A DNA stretch of 64,000 bases from the NCBI GenBank assembly GCA_050183815.1, contig JBFXAY010000004.1, positions 67,051-131,050 on the forward strand, written 5' to 3'. Under the pieces are notes generated by a model. It searched no databases. It saw nothing but the letters and a program-made list of their open reading frames with translations, and was not told where the DNA came from. The DNA is from Gemmatimonadales bacterium (GTDB taxonomy: Bacteria > Gemmatimonadota > Gemmatimonadetes > Gemmatimonadales > GWC2-71-9). A program made the translations under genes and the position numbers. This document shows positions 39,924-46,397 of the stretch, in pieces; the stretch's first letter is position 1; the number at the start of each line of letters is the position of its first letter.

Positions 39924-40130
39924 TCAGAGGTTCCGGGGCGACGGCTCGAACGGGAACCCCCAGCGACGAAAGACGTCGCCAAGTTCTTCCACGCTGCCGA
40001 AGCGCCACTTCGTGCCGGTCGCCACATCCTCGACGACCCCGGTGAGGCGCATGCCCGGTCCGGCCCGCAAGGCCGTCGCCTGGAGCACGAAGTAACCGTG
40101 GCGGGCGGGGGGCGGCGATTCGGCGGTCAT
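39924..40130 (-). CDS. Small hypothetical protein (68 aa)
   Basis: ATG 40130. High GC3. Pattern GYFVLQ...G.RLTGVVEDVATGTKWRFGSVEELGDVFRRW resembles a recurring but unnamed small-protein motif (…[VL][ED][DN][VL].[ST]G....F.S..EL..[FL]). Confidence 0.4.
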   Translation of the reverse strand: MTAESPPPARHGYFVLQATALRAGPGMRLTGVVEDVATGTKWRFGSVEELGDVFRRWGFPFEPSPRNL

Positions 40131-40167
40131 GGCGTAGCGCCGGAACCGGGTCGGCTCCGCGCCGGCA

Positions 40168-40296
40168 TCAGCAGTTCCCACTTTCTTCGCAGTAGTTCGA
40201 CTCGGTCGGGTTCTTCTTGCAGGCCGTGGCCGTGGCCAGGAGCAGGCCGGCGAAGGCGAGCAGGAACAGGGACCGGGCGGCGAGACGCTTCAGCAT
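40168..40296 (-). CDS. Untracked 42-aa ORF: small Cys-rich lipoprotein/secreted peptide precursor
   Basis: Reverse strand reads GAGGAGG-ttccc-ATG CTG AAG CGT ... TGC TGA, giving MLKRLAARSLFLLAFAGLLLATATACKKNPTESNYCEESGNC. It has a strong SD, a signal peptide with lipobox-like ATAC and high GC3. It falls below the 60-aa cutoff of the ORF track. Confidence 0.45.
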   Translation of the reverse strand: MLKRLAARSLFLLAFAGLLLATATACKKNPTESNYCEESGNC

Positions 40297-40369
40297 GGGA
40301 ACCTCCTCGAGGGGATCTTTGCGTGGGGGCGGAACTCTCTAGCGTGCCCCGGTGGACGGTGACATCTTA

Positions 40370-40407
40370 GGAACGGACCATCGAACCTTCCGTTAGCCAG
40401 CCGTTAA
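40370..40407. promoter_or_regulatory. CCGTTA direct repeats at 11-bp phasing plus inverted AACGGA arm in the divergent intergenic region
   Basis: CCGTTA at 40390-40395 and 40401-40406 (exactly 11 bp apart). AACGGA (40372-40377) is the inverted copy of TCCGTT (40389-40394). The site lies between the small ORF start (40296) and the SARP gene GTG (40431). Confidence 0.3.
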
Positions 40408-40430
40408 CTCGCTGCTGTGCTTGGAGTTCA

Positions 40431-43400
40431 GTGCCAGCTCCCCACTCCCTTTTCTCGCTCGGCCGGACCGAGCTCACGACCCCGGACGGCGGCGGAGTTC
40501 GCCGGCGGAAAGAGCTGGCGCTGCTCGCCTACCTGGCCCGCCGGGCGCCGCGACCGATCGAGCGCGACCGGGCCATGACCCTCCTCTGGGGCGACCGGCC
40601 CGATGCCAAGGCACGGACGTCGTTCCGGCAGGCGGTCTTCGAAATCCGAACGGCGATCGGCGACGCGCTCGTGGCCTCCGCCACCGAGGTGTCGGTCGAC
40701 CCGGCGCTGCTGGCGCTCGACGCGAATGACTTCGAAGCCGACTGCGCCGCCGGCCGGTTCCGAGACGCCGTGGCCCGGTGGCAGGGGTCCTTCCTTGCCG
40801 GGCTCGACGATCTCGGGTCCGAAGACTGGCGGCTCTGGCTCGAAGGCGAAAGAGCGGCCCTCGCCGTCGCGATGATCCGGGCGCTCGAACACCTCGGCGC
40901 GGCCGCCGAAGCGGGAGGAGACTGGTCCGCCGTCGCAGCGCTGGCCGAACGTCAGTACGAACTGGACCGGAGCGACGACACCGGGCGGCGAATGGTCTCG
41001 GCGCTGCGCCGTGCCGGACAGGACTCCCGCGCTGCCGCCGCGGAGGCTCGCCTGCAACTCGGCGGCGCCGGCCCGGCGGCCGCCGGACCCCGGGCGGCGA
41101 CCCGCGGACTCATCACCCCGGACCTGATGGGACGAACCGGCGCTCTCGGCGTCCTGCGCCGGGCCCGCGCCGAGGTAGCGAGTCACACCGGCGCAGCCGC
41201 AGGCCGGGTGATCGTGATCGATGGACCGGCGGGCATGGGCAAGAGCCGGCTCATTGCCGAGTTCGCGCGCGAACTGGCGGCCGCCTCCCCCGGCCCGACG
41301 GTGCTCACCGCGCGGGCGTTCGGCTCGCAGCGGGAGCGGCGGTGGTCCGCGCTGCAACCGTTGCTGGGCACGGCGGCACTCACGGCCAAGGGCATCGCGG
41401 CGGTGCCGCCGGAGCAACTCGCGCAGTTGAGCGACGTCGTTCCCGAATTGCGCGAACGCTTCCCGCGGTTGCCGCCGGCCGCGCCGGGCGCCGACCTGCG
41501 GTCAACGGCCGCCCGGCTGCTGGCGGAATCCGCGGCCGAGCATCCGCTGGTCCTGCTGGTGGACGACGCGCCGGACGCCGACGCCGAATCCGAGGCGGTG
41601 CTCGGAACCCTGGCCCGGCAGGCGCCGCCGGGGTTCCTGCTCGTGCTGGCCGGCCGCTCCGACGGGTGGGCGCGGTCGGCGCTGACGCCCGACCTCCGCC
41701 GGGGCGGCACCGAGGTGCAGTGGCTGACGCTCCCGCCGCTCACCGAAACCGAGACGGCGGGACTGATTGCCTCCACCGCGACGTTCGCGCCCGCCGCGAC
41801 CGCCGCGCTGGCCGCGCGGCTCCACGGGCTCGCGGCCGGCGTTCCCGGCCTCGTCCACTCGCTCCTCGGGCAATTGGCCGAGGCCCGCCTGATCGGGCCC
41901 GATGCCGACGGCGCCTGGACCATTCGCGGCGATCTCGACACCATCGTCCTCGGCGGCGACGCCGACGAGCGGCTGCTGGGCGGTCTGGCCGACCTGACCC
42001 CGGCCGCCCGCCGGCTGCTCGACCTGAGCGCGATCCTCGGCCCCCGGATCGATACCGCCATCCTCGAGCGAGCCGCCCGGCTCGACACCGACACCTTCGG
42101 GCCGGCGTTAGGCATGCTCCTCGCCGGCCGGCATCTCCGCCAGCCGCCCCTGGCGCCCGATCAGGTCGAGTTCTCGAGCGAGATCGCCCGGCGGGCGGTG
42201 GCCGGCGCGCTCCCCCCGAGCGCCCGGAGGGCACTCCATCGGGAGGCGGCGAGAGCCTACGGGCGCTCGGCCGATCCGCGGCGGCGGGCCGAATCGGAGC
42301 GGCACCGGGCGGCGGCCGGGGCGAGCCGCTTCCGGATCCGGGTCGCGGTTGCCGTGGTAACGATCGCGCTCGCCGCGGCGGCGTGGTGGCAATTCGGGCC
42401 GCGGCCGTCGCGACCCGTCGCCCCGGGGACGCCGGTCCTCCTCGCGGACGTGGCCAACCAGACCGACGAGCCGCTCTTCGAAGGCTCTCTGACCGTCGCG
42501 GCCCAGGTGGCCCTGCAGGAGGCCCGGCGTTTCTGGGTGGTGCCGCGGTGGCAGGTTCTGGAAGCGCTTGCCCGGATGAACCGGACCGACACGACCGCGA
42601 CCCTTCGCGGGGAGCTGGCCCGCGAGGTGGCGCTGCGGGAGAACGTCCCGCTGATCATCGAGATGGACGTAGCCCGGCGGGCCGACGGCTATCTGGTGAC
42701 CGCGCGCTTGATCGACGCCAAGCTCGGCAGCGACGCGGCGAGCTTCGTGGCGCGGCCGGCGCGGCGCGACGAGGTGATCGACGCCGTCGGTGAGGTCGTC
42801 TCGCGCATCCGCGACCGGCTGGGCGAGGCCCGGATCCGGCCCGATTCCATGAGCCGTCTGGCCCGGGTGACGACCGGTTCGCTCGAAGCGCTGCAGCAGT
42901 ACTCCCTCGGCGCCATTGCGTGGGACCGGCGGGAATTCGACAAGGCCGCCGGCTACTGGCGCCGGGCGACCGAGATCGACTCCGCGTTCGCGATGGCGTA
43001 TGCGCGCCTCGCGACGTTTTCGCTCTGGCTCGAGAACAACCGCCCCCGGGCCGTGACGTGGCTCGCGGCCGCCGAACGCCACGCTGCGGCGATGACGGAA
43101 CCGGAGCGGCTGATTCTCGCAGGCGTCCGGGCCACCGTGGCCGGTGACCAGTTCGCCGCGGTCACCGCCGACCAGATGCTGGCCGAGCGATACCCGACGC
43201 CGGACAATCTCTTCAACCTGGCCACGACGATGTTCCGGGCGGGGCGGTGCGCGGACGCGGTGCCGGTCTTCCACCGCGCGGCCGCCCTGCGACCGAGCGC
43301 CTCCGTCTGGATCAACCTGGCCACCTGCTACCAGGTCCTCGACAGTCTCGAGCCGGCTCTCGAGGCCTACCGGCGCGCCGGCACGGCGGACTCGGTCATT

Positions 43401-44261
43401 CTGTTCAGCGCCAACATCAATCAGGAATACGGCCTGCTCTTCCTGCGGGCCGGCCGTCCGGAAGCGGCCGAATCGGTCTTTCGCCGGATGGCGGCGCGGC
43501 CGGATCCGTCAAGCCAGGGCCGCGGCTACCGGTCGCTGGCGTTCCTGGCGAGCTACCAGGGCCGGTACCGCGACGCCCTGGCAGCGCTGGAGCAATCGCT
43601 CAGCCGGTACCGCAGCCGGGGCGCGCCGCTGTCGGTGTTCCGCACGTTGCTGCTGGCCGCGCAGAGTGCGGCCTCGCTGGGCGACGCCACCGCATCGGCC
43701 GAATTCCTTGCTCAGGCCCGCACCGTCATCGGCACGCAACCCCTGGAGCCCGTATACCTCGACCGGATCGCCGCCGCCCACCTGCGGCTCGGCGACCGCC
43801 GCGGCGCCGGGTACTGGGAGCGCCGGCTTCGCCGCGAGGTGCTCGCGGGCAACCGGGCCGACAGCGTCCAGATCAGACTCACCGCCGCCCGGTTCGCGGT
43901 CGCCGGCGGTCAGGCGCGCGAGGCGCTCCGGTTGCTCGCGGTCGGGCCGGATCTCGCGCCGGCGCTCCTGGGCCCGTATGCGATCGTCAGCGGGAAGGCC
44001 TACGCCGCGCTCGGCCGGGCCGATTCCGCCCTGATGGCGTGGGAGCGAGCGCGGGTCTGGTGGGGCGGCGGATCGGAAACCCAGGACGAGTGGGAGCGAC
44101 TTCCCCTTTCGATGGCCAGCGCGGCTCTGGTCGCCGGGGACACGGCCCGGGCCCGGGACCTCCTCGCGGTGCTGGTGCGGCGCTGGGAGCGGGCGGATTC
44201 GGCCGCTCCCGACGTGGCCCGGGCGCGGCTGCTCTTCGGGCGGCTGGAGCCCGGGCACTGA
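40431..44261 (+). CDS. SARP-type regulator (wHTH + BTAD) fused to P-loop NTPase, TM helix, periplasmic alpha/beta module and long TPR array
   Basis: wHTH RRKELALLAYLA..LLWGDRPDAKARTSFRQAVFEIR. BTAD helices. Walker A GPAGMGKSRL and Walker B-like LVLLVDDAPDAD. TM IRVAVAVVTIALAAAAWWQF. PVLLADVANQTDEPLFEGSL...YLVTARLID module. At least 8 TPR-like repeats to the C-terminus. Confidence 0.85.
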   Translation: MPAPHSLFSLGRTELTTPDGGGVRRRKELALLAYLARRAPRPIERDRAMTLLWGDRPDAKARTSFRQAVFEIRTAIGDALVASATEVSVDPALLALDANDFEADCAAGRFRDAVARWQGSFLAGLDDLGSEDWRLWLEGERAALAVAMIRALEHLGAAAEAGGDWSAVAALAERQYELDRSDDTGRRMVSALRRAGQDSRAAAAEARLQLGGAGPAAAGPRAATRGLITPDLMGRTGALGVLRRARAEVASHTGAAAGRVIVIDGPAGMGKSRLIAEFARELAAASPGPTVLTARAFGSQRERRWSALQPLLGTAALTAKGIAAVPPEQLAQLSDVVPELRERFPRLPPAAPGADLRSTAARLLAESAAEHPLVLLVDDAPDADAESEAVLGTLARQAPPGFLLVLAGRSDGWARSALTPDLRRGGTEVQWLTLPPLTETETAGLIASTATFAPAATAALAARLHGLAAGVPGLVHSLLGQLAEARLIGPDADGAWTIRGDLDTIVLGGDADERLLGGLADLTPAARRLLDLSAILGPRIDTAILERAARLDTDTFGPALGMLLAGRHLRQPPLAPDQVEFSSEIARRAVAGALPPSARRALHREAARAYGRSADPRRRAESERHRAAAGASRFRIRVAVAVVTIALAAAAWWQFGPRPSRPVAPGTPVLLADVANQTDEPLFEGSLTVAAQVALQEARRFWVVPRWQVLEALARMNRTDTTATLRGELAREVALRENVPLIIEMDVARRADGYLVTARLIDAKLGSDAASFVARPARRDEVIDAVGEVVSRIRDRLGEARIRPDSMSRLARVTTGSLEALQQYSLGAIAWDRREFDKAAGYWRRATEIDSAFAMAYARLATFSLWLENNRPRAVTWLAAAERHAAAMTEPERLILAGVRATVAGDQFAAVTADQMLAERYPTPDNLFNLATTMFRAGRCADAVPVFHRAAALRPSASVWINLATCYQVLDSLEPALEAYRRAGTADSVILFSANINQEYGLLFLRAGRPEAAESVFRRMAARPDPSSQGRGYRSLAFLASYQGRYRDALAALEQSLSRYRSRGAPLSVFRTLLLAAQSAASLGDATASAEFLAQARTVIGTQPLEPVYLDRIAAAHLRLGDRRGAGYWERRLRREVLAGNRADSVQIRLTAARFAVAGGQAREALRLLAVGPDLAPALLGPYAIVSGKAYAALGRADSALMAWERARVWWGGGSETQDEWERLPLSMASAALVAGDTARARDLLAVLVRRWERADSAAPDVARARLLFGRLEPGH

Positions 44262-44374
44262 ACTCTGAAGATGTCGTCATGACCGCTTGAGCGTCATTTC
44301 ACCGCCCGACGCCGATCCCTTGAGGGTGGGTTCGAACCAACCCCGAGGGGTGGAATCCCCCAGGCGGAGGAAAC

Positions 44375-45040
44375 ATGACTACGGGACGGAGGGACTTTCT
44401 GGGCACGCTGGCCGCCGGCGCCGTCGGCGCAGCGGCCTTCGGCGCGATCGAGGCGAATCGCGCCGAAGCGCAAACCGCGGCGACTGGGTGGGATCTCGGC
44501 TGGGTGAAGAAGCTCACCGGCAAGTATCGCGCGGTGTTCGACGTGCCGCAGGTGGAGGACGGGTATGGGGTGTGGCGGGCGGTACTGTGGCGGAAGCAGT
44601 ATGCGACGATCTTCCGGGTGCCGGAGCAGTCGATTTCCACCGTCGTCGTGCTGCGCCATGATGCGATCGCCCTGGCGCTCAACAACACCTTCTGGGAGAA
44701 GTACGGCATCGCGAAGAAGTGGAACGTGCACGACCCCGCGTCGCGGAAGCCGTTCCCCCGCAATCCGGTCATCGAGCGCACCGGGGCCGCGGCCCTGCCG
44801 GGCGAGTTCGCCGGTTTCACGCTCGAGGATCTTCAGGCGAAGGGCACTATCGTCCTCGCGTGCGCCCTCGCCCTTCGCGACTGCGCCCAGCTCGTCATCG
44901 ACCAGGACAAGGTCCGCTACGAGGACGCGATGAACCAGGTCCGGTCAATGCTCGTTCCCGGCGCGATCCTCCAGCCGTCGGGCATCTTCGGCGTCGTGCT
45001 CGCCCAGGACAACGGCGCCAGATACGTCCTCGGCTCCTGA
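44375..45040 (+). CDS. Tat-signal protein of unknown function (possible DsrE-like fold)
   Basis: Twin-arginine signal TGRRDFLGTLAAGAVGAAAFG. GGAGG RBS 6 nt upstream. alpha/beta pattern with TVVVLRHDAIAL / GTIVLACALALRD. Confidence 0.65.
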   Translation: MTTGRRDFLGTLAAGAVGAAAFGAIEANRAEAQTAATGWDLGWVKKLTGKYRAVFDVPQVEDGYGVWRAVLWRKQYATIFRVPEQSISTVVVLRHDAIALALNNTFWEKYGIAKKWNVHDPASRKPFPRNPVIERTGAAALPGEFAGFTLEDLQAKGTIVLACALALRDCAQLVIDQDKVRYEDAMNQVRSMLVPGAILQPSGIFGVVLAQDNGARYVLGS

Positions 45041-45152
45041 GTCCGGTCGCGGACTCGTCGGCACGGTGGGCCCCGGAATGCCTGAGGCGTTCCGGGGTCC
45101 TTCGCTTCCGGCATGGCGTTACTTTCGGGGACCGCACCCTCCCGGAGCGTCG

Positions 45153-46394
45153 ATGCGTCTCGCCATCCTGTTCGCCACCGTCACCGTGGCGGCCGGCCCC
45201 GTCGCCGCCCAACAGCGGCGCGGCACCCCGTACGTGCCGACGACCACGTGGGAACAACGGGAGCCGACCCGCGCCGGCTTCGATCCGGCGCAACTCCAGG
45301 CGGCGATCGCGTTCGCCATCGAGAAGGACGCCCGGGCCCCGCGGGACATGGAAGAGTCGCACTACCGGAGCTTCGGCCGGGAGCCGTATGGCCAGGGAAT
45401 CGGCCCCTTCAAACCGCGAGGCGAACCCTCGGGCGTGATCCTCCGGGGCGGCTACCTCATCGCCAGCTGGGGCGAGCCCGATCGGGTCGACATGACGCAC
45501 AGCGTGACCAAGAGCTTCCTGTCGGCGACGGTGGGCATGGCGTACGACCGTGGCCTGATCCGTTCGGTCCGGGACACCGTCTGGAAATCCCAGGCGCCGG
45601 TCTATCCGCTGCATCTGACCGCCCCCGCCGAGCCGGGCTCGCGAATCGGCGAGCCGATGTTCCTCGATCCCTGGGACACGCCCAACAACCGGACGATCAC
45701 CTGGGACGACCTGCTTCGGCAGACGAGCGACTGGGAGGGCACGCTCTGGGGCAAACCGGACTGGGCCGACCGGCCGGCGCAGAATCCCGCCGAGTGGAAG
45801 GCGCGGCCCCGGAACCGGCCCGGCACGACCTACGAATACAACGATGTCCGGGTCAATCTCCTGGCGCTCGCCGCGCTCAACATCTGGCGACGCCCGCTGC
45901 CCGAGGTACTCCGCGAGCATCTGATGGACCCGATCGGAGCCTCCGCCACGTGGCGCTGGCATGGGTACGACAATTCGTGGATCACCCTCGACGGCCGGCC
46001 GGTCCAGAGTGTCTCCGGCGGCGGGCACTGGGGCGGCGGCATGTTCATCAACGCCTGGGACATGGCGCGCTTCGGGCTGCTCACCCTCCGCCGCGGCGTC
46101 TGGGGCGAGCGGCGGATTCTGTCGGAGGAGTGGGTCCGGATGTCGCTCACGCCCACGGCACCGCAGCCGACCTACGGCTTCATGAACTGGTTCCTCAACA
46201 CCGACCGGAAGTGGATGCCCGCGGCGCCGGCGTCGGCATTCGGGCACGTGGGCAATGGAACCAACCTCGTTTTCGTGAGTCCCGAACACGACCTGGTGGC
46301 GGTGATCCGCTGGATCGACAACGGCTCGATCAACGCCTTGCTCGAGAAGCTGCTCGGCTCGATCGTACGGCCGGCGGAATCGGACGGGCGGTAG
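45153..46394 (+). CDS. Serine hydrolase, beta-lactamase-like family (secreted)
   Basis: Signal peptide MRLAILFATVTVAAGPVAAQQ. SxxK motif HSVTKSF. YxN-like YEYNDV. HVGNGTN near the C-terminus. Confidence 0.85.
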   Translation: MRLAILFATVTVAAGPVAAQQRRGTPYVPTTTWEQREPTRAGFDPAQLQAAIAFAIEKDARAPRDMEESHYRSFGREPYGQGIGPFKPRGEPSGVILRGGYLIASWGEPDRVDMTHSVTKSFLSATVGMAYDRGLIRSVRDTVWKSQAPVYPLHLTAPAEPGSRIGEPMFLDPWDTPNNRTITWDDLLRQTSDWEGTLWGKPDWADRPAQNPAEWKARPRNRPGTTYEYNDVRVNLLALAALNIWRRPLPEVLREHLMDPIGASATWRWHGYDNSWITLDGRPVQSVSGGGHWGGGMFINAWDMARFGLLTLRRGVWGERRILSEEWVRMSLTPTAPQPTYGFMNWFLNTDRKWMPAAPASAFGHVGNGTNLVFVSPEHDLVAVIRWIDNGSINALLEKLLGSIVRPAESDGR

Positions 46395-46397
46395 CGG

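Noticed and set aside
44300-44362. tRNA-like T-arm sequence (GGGTTCGAACCAACCC) and nested CCCC/GGGG hairpins upstream of the Tat-signal gene
   Set aside because: Only a T-loop-like hairpin can be drawn. No acceptor, D or anticodon arms and no CCA context exist, so it is not a tRNA or a convincing tRNA fragment or att site. It may be a structured 5'UTR, but I cannot assign it to a riboswitch class.
45039-45056. Short hairpin GAGTCCG-gtcg-CGGACTC after the Tat-signal gene
   Set aside because: It has only a 7-bp stem and no U-tract, which is too weak to call a terminator.
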